Shown here: positions 28,661 to 38,736 of the stretch, piece by piece
How the letters are laid out: every line of letters begins with the position of its first letter
Position numbering within the stretch: position 1 is the stretch's first letter
Origin: a virus
Taxonomy: Duplodnaviria; Caudoviricetes
DNA: 56,489 bases
Reading direction: 5' to 3' (one strand)
IMG/VR virus record: IMGVR_UViG_3300042475_003016
Location: 1 to 56,489 of that record
The notes under the pieces: model-generated
What the model saw: the letters and a program-made list of their open reading frames with translations, nothing else
What the model was told of the DNA's origin: nothing
The model's database searches: none
Translations under genes and position numbers: made by a program

Positions 28661-28693
28661 TAAAAAAAAAGGGGGATTAAAATAACCCCCCCC
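28661..28693 (-). terminator. Intrinsic terminator
   Basis: G-run / C-run hairpin followed by a T tract on the minus strand. Confidence 0.7.
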
Positions 28694-28701
28694 ATAAAAT
28701 T

Positions 28702-29088
28702 TTAGTCAATCACTCGCTTCTTTGTATTCTCCAGAGGGTCAAACCTGGTCTGGATATCAACATAATACTTGCCAGGGGGGACAATTGTGTGGCGGTGATC
28801 CTTCTTCGGAATTACAACCGCTTTATCCATAGTTGCTACACCATTTAGTTCAGATTGTAATGAGTGGTTTAATATGCACTCCTCGTGTGCATCAATCACA
28901 AACCCACCACCATCAACCTCATAAATGTCGTATGAACCAAATAGGGCGTGGAATGAACCACTTCTTTCGGATGCAGCAATATATTGCTTTTCCACCTTAT
29001 TCAATCCCTTTGGGAGTTCAGTTAGTTTAAACATCTGAACATCACCTTGATGTAAGGCTACATTGTCAAATTTCATCTTGCTTTTCAT
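28702..29088 (-). CDS. Partner protein typically encoded next to DUF6745 genes
   Basis: HQGDV...A.SE.SG..H...L.H...H..I.VPPG.Y...Q..FDP motif; start likely MKSK. Confidence 0.65.
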   Translation of the reverse strand: MKSKMKFDNVALHQGDVQMFKLTELPKGLNKVEKQYIAASERSGSFHALFGSYDIYEVDGGGFVIDAHEECILNHSLQSELNGVATMDKAVVIPKKDHRHTIVPPGKYYVDIQTRFDPLENTKKRVID

Positions 29089-29116
29089 AATAATAATTTT
29101 TTGTTTTTTAAAATGT

Positions 29117-30070
29117 TTAGTTTGCTGAATACCACTTATAATCAACACTCATTGGAACTTTACTTGGTCTATGCCATTTGGCGCACTTCACCGCATCTGT
29201 AAAAGTTGGGCAGGTATCAATCAGATAAACTGATTTGGTAGATGGACAAGTGAACTCAATCCAGGCATATGGTTGATCCATTTCACCTTTGCTGTTTTGC
29301 AAAAATGGATATGATGTCTTTGATTGATATATTCTAATTATCTCATCATAACCACCAACATGCTTAACAGTTTTCTCATCAATTACTACCGCATCCAGCA
29401 TTTCTAACAATCCTTCATTACCAAACTTATCTTTGATTATTGTTATGATTGCTGCCCTAATATCCTCATTGGTGTTATTGTGGAATGCAATTTTGGCATT
29501 AATTATATTCTCACACTCATTGAAAATTTCTGGTTCAATAAACCTACCATTCACATAGTGCTGACCATAACCATCAGCAAACTCTATGGCAAACCCATCA
29601 ACAGAATGCAAATCATTATTGGCATTTCTTTTAATGCTTTTTGGGTATTTTGAAACCACACAAACTTTATCCATCTGGATTTGTAAGTATGAGTTCTCCA
29701 CACACTCAACAATCAAATTATAATTATCTCTAAACTCATCAAGAATGTCAAAGTTGTCAAAGAAAAATTCATAGAATGCCAACCAAGATATATCATCAGC
29801 ATTAATGTAAGATGAAAAGGATTCAAACACAGGCTTTTCATTACCCATCAACTCATTGACTTTCAACTGACAAGCCATAGGACTATCAACCAGAATAACT
29901 TCTGGCTCTTCCAATCCACAAAACTTATATAACTTCTTCATTGCAGCAATTGCCTTTTCTTCATTATGATTCTGATAGAACTCATAACTAAATATCTTGG
30001 CCAACCATTTATCTTTGTAATGGTCAAGTTTTGCTTCTTGCTCTGGTGTTAGATTCTCAATTTTTTCCAT
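29117..30070 (-). CDS. DUF6745-domain protein
   Basis: LTPEQEA...W, VDSP, WLAFYEFF, LH..DG.AIEFADG, CPST motifs. Confidence 0.7.
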   Translation of the reverse strand: MEKIENLTPEQEAKLDHYKDKWLAKIFSYEFYQNHNEEKAIAAMKKLYKFCGLEEPEVILVDSPMACQLKVNELMGNEKPVFESFSSYINADDISWLAFYEFFFDNFDILDEFRDNYNLIVECVENSYLQIQMDKVCVVSKYPKSIKRNANNDLHSVDGFAIEFADGYGQHYVNGRFIEPEIFNECENIINAKIAFHNNTNEDIRAAIITIIKDKFGNEGLLEMLDAVVIDEKTVKHVGGYDEIIRIYQSKTSYPFLQNSKGEMDQPYAWIEFTCPSTKSVYLIDTCPTFTDAVKCAKWHRPSKVPMSVDYKWYSAN

Positions 30071-30103
30071 AATGTTATTGTTTTTTTGTTTTAATAATTA
30101 ATT

Positions 30104-30337
30104 CTAATTTGGGTTAAATTTAGCCAAAAAGCCTTGTTGCATCTTTGGCAAATAATCTTTCATTAATTGTTTTCTGGAGACTTCCCACCCAATTTCAGGT
30201 AAAGTATAATCTTCAAAATATGTATATCTAATCATACCACATAAGTTTGAACCAGCTTCCTTAACTTCATCATTTTCCATCTTTATCTGAAAATTTCCTT
30301 CACCAAGATGTGTTAATAAATAATCATCTATTTCCAT
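30104..30337 (-). CDS. Hypothetical protein
   Basis: 77 aa ORF with a -7-like element upstream. Confidence 0.55.
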   Translation of the reverse strand: MEIDDYLLTHLGEGNFQIKMENDEVKEAGSNLCGMIRYTYFEDYTLPEIGWEVSRKQLMKDYLPKMQQGFLAKFNPN

Positions 30338-30392
30338 ATCAACTAATTTTCTTTAACAAAGATATTTATAATAAAGCAACAAGTCAAATAAT

Positions 30393-30755
30393 ATGAATAA
30401 AATATTTCTTTTAATTTCACTTTTCATCTCAAGCCATTCATTTGGTCAAATCCCCCAGGATAAACTATTGCACTTTGGTGCTGGTGTTGGCATTGGCGCA
30501 ACCATAACATTAACCCATAAGAAACCAAATATACATATTGGCTATGGGGATATAATTCAAAAAAGCGTATTTGCTGGTGCTGGTATTGGATTGTTAAAAG
30601 AATCCTATGACGCATCACTATATGGAAATAAGTATTTTGATGTTGGTGATGCTGCTGCAACTGCATTAGGTTCATTGGTTGGATCCTTAATAATCTATTC
30701 AATTGTCAAAGATAAAAAACCAAAATCAAAATACCGTTTCTGTCCCCAGTTTTAA
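30393..30755 (+). CDS. YfiM / DUF2279-like membrane protein
   Basis: Signal peptide, DKLLHF, G..KE..D, D..AT.LG motifs. Confidence 0.7.
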   Translation: MNKIFLLISLFISSHSFGQIPQDKLLHFGAGVGIGATITLTHKKPNIHIGYGDIIQKSVFAGAGIGLLKESYDASLYGNKYFDVGDAAATALGSLVGSLIIYSIVKDKKPKSKYRFCPQF

Positions 30756-30788
30756 ATAGTATCGCATAGCCAGTAGTTAGCACCAATA

Positions 30789-31229
30789 CTACTGAACTGC
30801 GTACTTTGAAACATTGTCTTTTATATAAGTTTCAAGTTTATTTAGTTCAGTTATTTTAAAATTTGAAATAAAACCATTTTGGATATAATCATTAAACATT
30901 TTTTCTGTTACAAGAATATGTTCTGGTTCATTAACATAGTCAGCATGGTCGTTTTCAATATCATTTAATGTTATTAATCCACTCGCATCATAATAGTTAC
31001 CTTTTTTGTCTTTGCAATAAGCGTGAACCAAAGCATCAGAATAATCAAATCCATCATCTGTTTCAAATTCAGCATTATTGTCTATAAAAAAATACATATC
31101 ATAACCTAATGTTTTATGTAGTGCTAATGCAAATAATTCACATTGACCATGTTCGTAATATTCAATATTTACATTTTCGTTAAGATATTCTCTTATGGTA
31201 GTTGCTATAAATTTCTTCAAATCTTTCAT
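30789..31229 (-). CDS. Hypothetical late / virion-type protein
   Basis: Leader MKDLKKFIATTIREYLNEN; G.C..FA.AL...HAY...DA.G motif; TATTTATA upstream. Confidence 0.65.
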   Translation of the reverse strand: MKDLKKFIATTIREYLNENVNIEYYEHGQCELFALALHKTLGYDMYFFIDNNAEFETDDGFDYSDALVHAYCKDKKGNYYDASGLITLNDIENDHADYVNEPEHILVTEKMFNDYIQNGFISNFKITELNKLETYIKDNVSKYAVQ

Positions 31230-31280
31230 CGTTTTCTTTATATATAAATATTCAAATTTTAAAATTCTACTAAATAAACC

Positions 31281-31381
31281 GTACTGGTGCTAACAAGGTG
31301 TATAAGAAAGTTTGCTATCAACAGTAGTGGGAATTCGAAAGTTTCTACAAGCAAACCTTCTCATACACCCAACCGTTATGC
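31281..31381. repeat. attC-like imperfect palindrome
   Basis: GCTAAC...GGTGTATAAGAAAGTTTGCT / AGCAAACCTTCTCATACACC...GTTATGC. Confidence 0.65.
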
Positions 31382-31571
31382 TCCATGCCTTAGTTCAGTT
31401 CTTCGATTTGAGTTTCGTGATGAAAAACAAAAAGAATTTTTCCAACGTACTTTATTTTTTTAAAAGATACCAATATTGAATTGGTAAAATATCTATTATG
31501 GTGTTGTTATTGGGGTTTTGTTCTTCTAATAAATCCTTACTTGTTTTCATAATTTTGTACTATTAATTAAT

Positions 31572-31889
31572 TTAAACAATATCTGGAATCATCTGCAAAC
31601 TTTCGTAGATGCCATCTTCTAATGCAGCCTCATAAGTATCATATCTACGTTCACCATTAACTTTTCTATATTCATTACTATTCTTAACATATTCTTCTCC
31701 ACTCATGCTCATAAAATATGGGACAAAATCCCACTTTTTTATGTTTGGTTTGAAACTCATAAATATATTAATACCATGCACTTCTCGTAGCCATTTCTGG
31801 ACTACTGATTGAGTTGTACGCCCATTTACATCAAATCCTTTTACTGATAGAATTTTAATGTTTTTTAATTCAATTAATTGGTCTTCCAT
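31572..31889 (-). CDS. Hypothetical phage protein
   Basis: TQS..QKWLRE.H.I...YDTYEAALE.G motif. Confidence 0.7.
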   Translation of the reverse strand: MEDQLIELKNIKILSVKGFDVNGRTTQSVVQKWLREVHGINIFMSFKPNIKKWDFVPYFMSMSGEEYVKNSNEYRKVNGERRYDTYEAALEDGIYESLQMIPDIV

Positions 31890-31977
31890 TTTAGTTTATT
31901 TAAAGTTTAAATAGTATTGCATAACAAATAGTTAGGCGTAATGTTAAAAAGCCCATCCTGGTAATTTTCCATGAGTG

Positions 31978-32217
31978 CTACACCGCACCTCTATTATGTT
32001 TCGATATATAATTAGATAATATATGAAATGCCAATTCCCATCTTCCATCTAAAGTATTAAAGAATTGCTCTTTTGTTAACAATTCTTCTGGTATATCATG
32101 CCAAGGTTCTGATGTCCTTTGTGATACACACACCCTTACACAATGGTCATTTTCATAATATTCATACAAATAATCCATAGTTTTATCTATAGCATCTTTA
32201 AAATCTTTATCTTCCAT
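31978..32217 (-). CDS. Hypothetical protein (cassette-like)
   Basis: 79 aa ORF between two repeat copies. Confidence 0.6.
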   Translation of the reverse strand: MEDKDFKDAIDKTMDYLYEYYENDHCVRVCVSQRTSEPWHDIPEELLTKEQFFNTLDGRWELAFHILSNYISKHNRGAV

Positions 32218-32329
32218 TTTAGTTTATTTAAGGTTTAATAAATAGTTTTAAATAGTATTGTATAACCAATAGTTAGGCGTAATGTAAATACAACTATGCT
32301 TATAAATGTCTCTGAAATATTCAATCCCT

Positions 32330-32554
32330 TTATTGATTTTCATTTTTCTTTAATTTAGATAACTCATCAAGAATGTAGGCAGTAGCATCTTTGCAAATAT
32401 CTCTCTCTGTAAATAATTTTAGTGCATACTCTGCATCTATCACGCTATTCACTGTTGCCTTTTCCATTATTTCATTATCTGTCATCAGATTATATTTTAG
32501 TAGATGTTCTAAAAATTTTGGTTCGTTTGCTATTAGTTTTGGTTTGTTTTCCAT
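32330..32554 (-). CDS. Hypothetical protein
   Basis: 74 aa ORF; shares the AAACTAAAATGGAA start context with the two downstream ORFs. Confidence 0.6.
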   Translation of the reverse strand: MENKPKLIANEPKFLEHLLKYNLMTDNEIMEKATVNSVIDAEYALKLFTERDICKDATAYILDELSKLKKNENQ

Positions 32555-32585
32555 TTTAGTTTAGTTTTAAAGTTTAGAAAATAAG

Positions 32586-33020
32586 TTAAACAGTATGGGG
32601 AACAATCCACCTTACACAATCTTGGGGGTGTCTGGTGATATGCTTGTAGTTATTAATATAACCCATCATATTTGCAGCACCAATCGCATTTGCTGAATGA
32701 ACCATAACCACACAAACAGGCTCACCATCCATCCATTTTTCAACCAACCACTTGGCACAATCCATGCCAGTTTTTTCAGTTATATTATTGTAATCTAATG
32801 TGAAATTGTAATATACATTAGTGTGCCACTCATTTATGGCACTATCACCCAAGTCATGATCCAAAGATATCAAATTAATATTTTTTAACCCAATTTCATT
32901 TATTTTGGAAACAAACTCATCATAACTTCGAACAACGGTCCACTCCTCAAGACCATCCACCCATTCATTGTTTGGGCTAATTGGGGTACGAACATCATCT
33001 AGGTAAATATTATATTTCAT
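32586..33020 (-). CDS. Cyclic-phosphate processing receiver-domain protein
   Basis: YLDDVR, SLDHDLG, KTGMD.AKWL, VHSAN.IGA motifs. Confidence 0.8.
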   Translation of the reverse strand: MKYNIYLDDVRTPISPNNEWVDGLEEWTVVRSYDEFVSKINEIGLKNINLISLDHDLGDSAINEWHTNVYYNFTLDYNNITEKTGMDCAKWLVEKWMDGEPVCVVMVHSANAIGAANMMGYINNYKHITRHPQDCVRWIVPHTV

Positions 33021-33129
33021 ATTGCTGGTTTAGAGTGTAAATATAGTTTAATTATTTTGACTTTGCAACAAATATTTCATTTGTTTTAAGTAAAAATATT
33101 GGTTATTATTTTTTTGAACAAAAAACTAT

Positions 33130-33486
33130 TTAAGAAGAAAATGAAATACCACAACCACAAGTTTCTTTTGCATTGGGATTATTAAAAATAAACCCCCTGT
33201 TTTGCAGATTATCCAGCCAATCTATTTCCATACCAAAAAGATATAAAATATGAGATTTCTGTATATAAACATTTAAGCCCATATAATCATATATTTCATC
33301 ATTATCTTTTGATGAATCTATACCAAGTATATATGTGAAACCAGAACAACCCCCACCTTTAACACCAATTCTAAGACCTTTACTATCATTATAATCAGTA
33401 TTTAAATCTTTGCATATATTTTTAAGTTCTTTAAATGCGCTTTCAGTAAAGGTTATGGGTAAATTTACACTTAAAACATCGACCAT
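33130..33486 (-). CDS. HesB / IscA family Fe-S cluster assembly protein
   Basis: LRIGVKGGGCSG, F.FNNPNA..TCGCG.SF. Confidence 0.92.
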   Translation of the reverse strand: MVDVLSVNLPITFTESAFKELKNICKDLNTDYNDSKGLRIGVKGGGCSGFTYILGIDSSKDNDEIYDYMGLNVYIQKSHILYLFGMEIDWLDNLQNRGFIFNNPNAKETCGCGISFSS

Positions 33487-33523
33487 CTATAATAGTTTTA
33501 TTAAAATATATAAAATAAATAAA

Positions 33524-33925
33524 TTATGTCCAACTATTTAAGTTTAATGTTTGTAAATTTTTAATAATATCTGCTTTAGCCTTGGAATACCCTTTCCAGG
33601 TTTTTAAGGTTTGTCCAATATCTTTTAAAAAGGTATCCTTACGATCTTGAGGTATATTTAATGAGTTAATGTTATCTCTTAATGCCCTTAATTCATTCAT
33701 AACACTCTCATTAGGTTTATCTAGTTTGGTTAATTTTAAAATCAATCTTTCCAGCTTGCTCATTTTATTAAAGTAGTCATATCCCCAGCCTCTTTTTGCA
33801 CCTTTAACTCCTCTGCCAAAATCAACTATGGGATCAAAGATGCCCTCATTCATATCATTCTCCTCTATAATTGTTTTTATTAGATTTTTTAACTCACTTT
33901 CATTTAATGTTACTATTTTTTTCAT
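33524..33925 (-). CDS. Hypothetical late / virion-type protein
   Basis: Leader MKKIVTLNESELKNLIKTIIEE. Confidence 0.65.
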   Translation of the reverse strand: MKKIVTLNESELKNLIKTIIEENDMNEGIFDPIVDFGRGVKGAKRGWGYDYFNKMSKLERLILKLTKLDKPNESVMNELRALRDNINSLNIPQDRKDTFLKDIGQTLKTWKGYSKAKADIIKNLQTLNLNSWT

Positions 33926-33998
33926 ATATTATATTTTAAAATAAATATATCCGATGTGTTATTTAGATTTAAAAAAGTATTTATAGTAATAAAAAAAT

Positions 33999-34238
33999 AT
34001 GGAAGCCAAGAATATTAAAAAAATAAAGTACTACGAAGTCCCATTAGATGATGGACAATTTGCGTTAATGGACCAAAAGGAATTTGACAAATATACCGTA
34101 GGTAAACCAACAGATGCTATCGCAAAAGCAAGCGGCCTAATTGATTATATAACATTTGAAATGGATGGTAAAAATTACGCCATTCCAGAATCTAAATTTG
34201 AATCTTATATCCAAAAATTAAAAGCAAATGAAATATAA
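33999..34238 (+). CDS. Hypothetical protein
   Basis: 79 aa ORF; TATTTATA at 33978-33985. Confidence 0.65.
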   Translation: MEAKNIKKIKYYEVPLDDGQFALMDQKEFDKYTVGKPTDAIAKASGLIDYITFEMDGKNYAIPESKFESYIQKLKANEI

Positions 34239-34947
34239 AATATTGATAATGTCTGATTTACATCTGGGTATGAACAACTCAAAACCTAAATCAATCCTTA
34301 ATTTCTTAAATTCAATCCAGACAGATTTATTAATTCTAAATGGTGATATTATTGATATTGATGCCATCAAACGTGGTTCGAAATGGAAAAATAAACACAC
34401 AAAAGTATTATTGAAAATTCTTGAACTATCAAAAACAACAAAAGTTATCTACATTAGGGGAAACCATGATGATGAGATAAAACATTTTTATGATGCTAAA
34501 ATAGGTGATATTGAATTTAAAAACGAACACACCATAACTGCTGGTGATAAAAAATATTTAGTTGTTCACGGTGACCAGTTTGAAAACTTTGGGGGTAAAT
34601 TAAAAATTGTATATTATGTTGGTTCTGTATTATATGATATACTTTTAACAGCAAATACATACTACAATGCAATACGCGAAAAACTAAACCTACCATATCA
34701 TTCTATATCAAAAGTTGCAAAACAAAATGTAAAAAAGATAATGTCATTTATATTTAAATTTGAAACAAAAGCAATTGAAGCTGCTAGTAAAAAAGGTTAC
34801 GATGGAATAATATGCGGACATATTCACACCCCAACCATTAAAAAAGTTTCAAATATTGAATATATGAATAGTGGTGACTGGGTTGAAAACAAAACTGCAA
34901 TTGCCCTAACCAATAACAACGAATGGTTAATTCTTGATTTTGACTAA
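34228..34947 (+). CDS. Metallophosphoesterase, UDP-2,3-diacylglucosamine hydrolase-like
   Basis: SDLHLG, GDIID, GNHD, HGD, CGHIH, NSGDWVE motifs. Confidence 0.88.
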   Translation: MKYKILIMSDLHLGMNNSKPKSILNFLNSIQTDLLILNGDIIDIDAIKRGSKWKNKHTKVLLKILELSKTTKVIYIRGNHDDEIKHFYDAKIGDIEFKNEHTITAGDKKYLVVHGDQFENFGGKLKIVYYVGSVLYDILLTANTYYNAIREKLNLPYHSISKVAKQNVKKIMSFIFKFETKAIEAASKKGYDGIICGHIHTPTIKKVSNIEYMNSGDWVENKTAIALTNNNEWLILDFD

Positions 34948-35030
34948 TTCATAATATTTTCTTCTAATTAATGCCCCCAATTCTTGGTCGTTTGGGGTAT
35001 CTAGTATTTCTTTTTCTGTGATTTCAATTT

Positions 35031-35579
35031 TCATATGATTTGATTTAATATTTTTTCAACTGTTTTATCATCAACATATATTGATTCATACTTAACCTCA
35101 TATGAATTCAACATATCTTTTATTTCTTTATCAATCATTTTTGATTCTTCTAATGTCTGAAATCTCTCACCCCCATCATAAGATGAATTTAAATTTCGTT
35201 CCAGAAAATAATTTATATTGTCGTATCTATTAAATAGATTAAAAATAAAAGCATTAAATTCTTTGCCATATAAAGATGATATGAAATCTCCCTCTTTTTT
35301 ATATTTCTCCTTATAAACAAGAGCAAATAAGATGGGTGAATCACATACCACAAAATCAACCTTACCATAGGATCTCACAATATTCCTATGCTGGTTTGCT
35401 GTGATATAGAACTGATCCTTTATTGCTCCCATATTTTCATCCCAGGCTAGGTTCTTGGGAAATTCGTATGGATTGTCAGCACTAATGTGTTGCTTCTTTA
35501 ATTCATACATTAACCCACTAGCAATTGTGCTTTTGCCAGCACCAGGACCAGCAAATAAGTTTATTATTTTTGTTTGCAT
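35031..35579 (-). CDS. P-loop NTPase / nucleotide kinase (AAA_28-like)
   Basis: INLFAGPGAGKST, DSP, R.Q..EES..ID. Confidence 0.8.
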   Translation of the reverse strand: MQTKIINLFAGPGAGKSTIASGLMYELKKQHISADNPYEFPKNLAWDENMGAIKDQFYITANQHRNIVRSYGKVDFVVCDSPILFALVYKEKYKKEGDFISSLYGKEFNAFIFNLFNRYDNINYFLERNLNSSYDGGERFQTLEESKMIDKEIKDMLNSYEVKYESIYVDDKTVEKILNQII

Positions 35580-36316
35580 TATCTATATATTCTGTTAACC
35601 CCAGTTCTAATTATGCCCTGCTTTATTTTGCCAGGATATATCATTTCTTTTAAATCTTCATCTGAATACTCTTCTAATGGTGTATTATATATACTTAACC
35701 ATCTACCAACTTTCAATCCTTTTGGTAATGAGGCTATTTTTGTATCATCCAATAATAATTCACCCCAAACTTCCAATCCTTCAGGTAAAGAAGTAATTGC
35801 TGATCCAGTTAAATCTAAATTACCCCAAACCATTATTTTTTTTGGTAATGAAGTTAATTTTTTGCAATTACTTAAATATAAATCATCATGTATTTCCAAT
35901 CCTTCTGGTAATGAGGTTAATTCCGTACAACCATTTAGGATTAATTCACCACCAACATCCAAATTTTCAGGTAATGATGTTATTTTTGTAGATGCTAAAT
36001 TCAAACGACCCCCAACTTGTAATCCATCTGGTAAGGAGGTTATATTTGTTTGAGCCAATTCTAAATTCATAGAAACATACAAATCTTCTGGTAAAGAAGT
36101 TAATTGTTTGCAACGATACAAATCCAAAGTCCCAAAAACCATCAATCCCTCTGGTAAGGAGGTTATATTTGAGTTTTCTAAATCCAAATCAGCCTTAATA
36201 GTTAATTCATCCTCTGTTAGGGGCTCATTATTTAATAACTTCCATTTGAATGGTTTATTTTTATTATCATTCTTTTCAAGAAAATCAATTATATTCTTTA
36301 TTGTTTCTTTTTCCAT
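35579..36316 (-). CDS. LRR protein, array A (8 repeats)
   Basis: ITSLPEGL.V.G.L.L repeats with conserved caps. Confidence 0.85.
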   Translation of the reverse strand: MEKETIKNIIDFLEKNDNKNKPFKWKLLNNEPLTEDELTIKADLDLENSNITSLPEGLMVFGTLDLYRCKQLTSLPEDLYVSMNLELAQTNITSLPDGLQVGGRLNLASTKITSLPENLDVGGELILNGCTELTSLPEGLEIHDDLYLSNCKKLTSLPKKIMVWGNLDLTGSAITSLPEGLEVWGELLLDDTKIASLPKGLKVGRWLSIYNTPLEEYSDEDLKEMIYPGKIKQGIIRTGVNRIYR

Positions 36317-36723
36317 TATTTAAATATTTCTCCTTCTATAAATCCAGGTTTAATCATCTCTATTAATTCGTCATCTGAAAGTTTTGCTAATGGAGTATCT
36401 GTAATAATTAAATTTCCCCCAACTTTCAACCCTTCTGGTAATGATTTTATATCTGAATGGGTTAATGATAAATAACCCCCAATTTCCAAGCCTTTTGGTA
36501 AAAATTTAAAAATATAACAACCATCTAAATCCAAATTGCCCTCAACTTTTAATCCTTCTGGTAATGAGGTTATTTTTGTATATTGTAAAAGCAAATTACC
36601 TTTAACTTTTAAGTCTTCTTTTGAAAATGGGATATTATTTTCCAATTTCCATATAAATGGTGCTTTTATATTATCATTCTTTTCAAGGAAATTAAATATA
36701 TTCTTTAATGCTTCTTTTTTCAT
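36316..36723 (-). CDS. LRR protein, array A (3 repeats)
   Basis: Same repeat and caps. Confidence 0.85.
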   Translation of the reverse strand: MKKEALKNIFNFLEKNDNIKAPFIWKLENNIPFSKEDLKVKGNLLLQYTKITSLPEGLKVEGNLDLDGCYIFKFLPKGLEIGGYLSLTHSDIKSLPEGLKVGGNLIITDTPLAKLSDDELIEMIKPGFIEGEIFK

Positions 36724-37253
36724 CCTCCTCTATATATTGTCCATTCTATAAATCCAGGTTTAATCATTTCTCTTAATTCATCATCTGTGTATTTTTGTAA
36801 TTTTGTGCCCCTTATGTTTAAATTCCAACCAACTTCTAACCCTTTTGGTAATAAAGTTATTTCTTTACAATATGATAAATCCAAACTTCCCCCAATACTT
36901 AATCCTTCTGGCAATGATTCTATGTCTGACTGTGCTAAAGATAAAAAACCATTAACTTGTAAGTCTTTTGGTAATGAGGTTATTTTTGTACCAGCTAAAG
37001 ATAAAAAACCCCCAACCTTCAAGCCTTCTGGTAAGGTTCTTATTTCTGAACCATCTAAATCCAAATCACCTCTAACCTTCAAGCCTTCTGGTAAGGTTCT
37101 TATTTTTGTATCACTTAAATTCAAATTACCTCTAACATCCAAATCTTCTTCTGTAAAAGGTTCTTTATTTAATAATTTCCATTTAATAGATGATTTATTA
37201 TCTTCTTTTTCAAGAAAATGCATTATGCTCTTTAATGTTTTTTTATCCATCAT
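36720..37253 (-). CDS. LRR protein, array A (5 repeats)
   Basis: Same repeat and caps. Confidence 0.85.
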   Translation of the reverse strand: MMDKKTLKSIMHFLEKEDNKSSIKWKLLNKEPFTEEDLDVRGNLNLSDTKIRTLPEGLKVRGDLDLDGSEIRTLPEGLKVGGFLSLAGTKITSLPKDLQVNGFLSLAQSDIESLPEGLSIGGSLDLSYCKEITLLPKGLEVGWNLNIRGTKLQKYTDDELREMIKPGFIEWTIYRGG

Positions 37254-37780
37254 CTATATATTTTTCCTTTTATAAACCCCGGTTTAATCATTTCTTTTAA
37301 TTCAGCATCTGAAAGTTTTTTTAATGGAGTATGTCTAATAATTAATGGTCCCAAAACTTTTAACCCTTTTGGTAATAATGTTAAATTTGTGCAAGCTTCT
37401 AATTGTAAAGTATTAACTTTCAATCCTTCTGGTAAGGATGTTAAACTTGTGCAACCATATAAATATAAATTACCCCCAACATCCAAGTCTTCTGGTAATG
37501 AGGTTAATTCTGTGCAATTTGATAAATCCAAATCAATCCCAACACTTAATCCTTCTGGTAATGATGTTATTTTTGAATAATCTAAATCCAAATTACCCTT
37601 AACTTTTAATCCTTTTGGTAATGAGGTTATTTTTGAAAAATGCAAATTCAAATTACCCTTAAAATTTAATTCTTCTTTTGTTAATGACATCTCACTCATA
37701 AATTTCCCCATAAGTGGTGTTTTTATCTTATCATTCTTTTCAAGGAAATTAAATATGTTCTTTAATGCTTCTTTTTCCAT
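37250..37780 (-). CDS. LRR protein, array A (5 repeats)
   Basis: Same repeat and caps. Confidence 0.85.
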   Translation of the reverse strand: MEKEALKNIFNFLEKNDKIKTPLMGKFMSEMSLTKEELNFKGNLNLHFSKITSLPKGLKVKGNLDLDYSKITSLPEGLSVGIDLDLSNCTELTSLPEDLDVGGNLYLYGCTSLTSLPEGLKVNTLQLEACTNLTLLPKGLKVLGPLIIRHTPLKKLSDAELKEMIKPGFIKGKIYR

Positions 37781-38307
37781 TATCTAATTATATCTCCTTT
37801 TATATATCCAGGTTTAATCATTTCTCTTAATTCATCATCTGAATATTTTAATAATGACATATCCCTAATAAATAAATCACCCCCAACTTGCAAACCTTTT
37901 GGTAAGTTATTTACTTCTGATTGAGATAGAAATAACCTGCCCCCAACTTGCAAACCTTTTGGTAATGATTCTACAGAGGAATCTTCCAAATCCAAATAAC
38001 CACCAACTTGCAAATCTTCTGGTAATGATGTTATTTTTGTTTTTCTTAAATTCAAATAACCCCCAACTTTCAATCCATCTGGTAATGATTCTACAGAAGA
38101 ATCTTCCAAATCCAAATTACCACCAACTTTTAATCCTTTTGGGAATGTAGGTATATTGGTGAATCGTAAATATAAATGACCATTAACATTTAAATCTTCC
38201 TCTGTTATTGGTTCATTATTATTATTTAATTTCCAAATAAGTGGTGTTTTTATGTTATCATTCTTTTCAAGGAAATTAAATATGTTCTTTAATGTTTCTT
38301 TATTCAT
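37780..38307 (-). CDS. LRR protein, array A (5 repeats)
   Basis: Same repeat and caps. Confidence 0.85.
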   Translation of the reverse strand: MNKETLKNIFNFLEKNDNIKTPLIWKLNNNNEPITEEDLNVNGHLYLRFTNIPTFPKGLKVGGNLDLEDSSVESLPDGLKVGGYLNLRKTKITSLPEDLQVGGYLDLEDSSVESLPKGLQVGGRLFLSQSEVNNLPKGLQVGGDLFIRDMSLLKYSDDELREMIKPGYIKGDIIR

Positions 38308-38723
38308 CCTCTGTATATATCTCCTTTTAAAAATCCTGGTTTAACCATTTCTCTTAATTCTTCATCTGTGTATTCTTTTAATGGTGATTCATAAATGTAT
38401 AAAATACCACCAACCTTCAAGCCTTTTGGTAATGAATTTAATTCTGTATACATTAAATTAAAATCACCCCCAACTTCCAATCCTTCTGGTAATGATTCTA
38501 TTTTTGAAGAACCTAAAGACATCCATCCCCCAACTTTCAATCCTTCTGGTAATGATGTTATTTCTGAAGACTTTAAGTCCAAATTACCTTTAACATTCAA
38601 ATATTCTTTATTTAATGGCTCATTAAATGTCAACTTCCATTTTAACCCATATTTGTGTTTAGATTTTTTCCCCTCCTCTTCTTCAAGGAAATTAAATATG
38701 TTCTTTAATGTTTCTTTTTCCAT
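38304..38723 (-). CDS. LRR protein, array A (3 repeats)
   Basis: Same repeat and caps; TATTTATA upstream at 38737-38744. Confidence 0.85.
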   Translation of the reverse strand: MEKETLKNIFNFLEEEEGKKSKHKYGLKWKLTFNEPLNKEYLNVKGNLDLKSSEITSLPEGLKVGGWMSLGSSKIESLPEGLEVGGDFNLMYTELNSLPKGLKVGGILYIYESPLKEYTDEELREMVKPGFLKGDIYRG

Positions 38724-38736
38724 TATGTAATTATAC

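Larger units (their letters stand above)
30751..32276. repeat. Three 30-bp direct repeats with attC-like core sites that separate genes
   Basis: TTTAAATAGTATyGyATArCmArTAGTTAG at 30751-30780, 31906-31935, 32247-32276. Confidence 0.75.
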
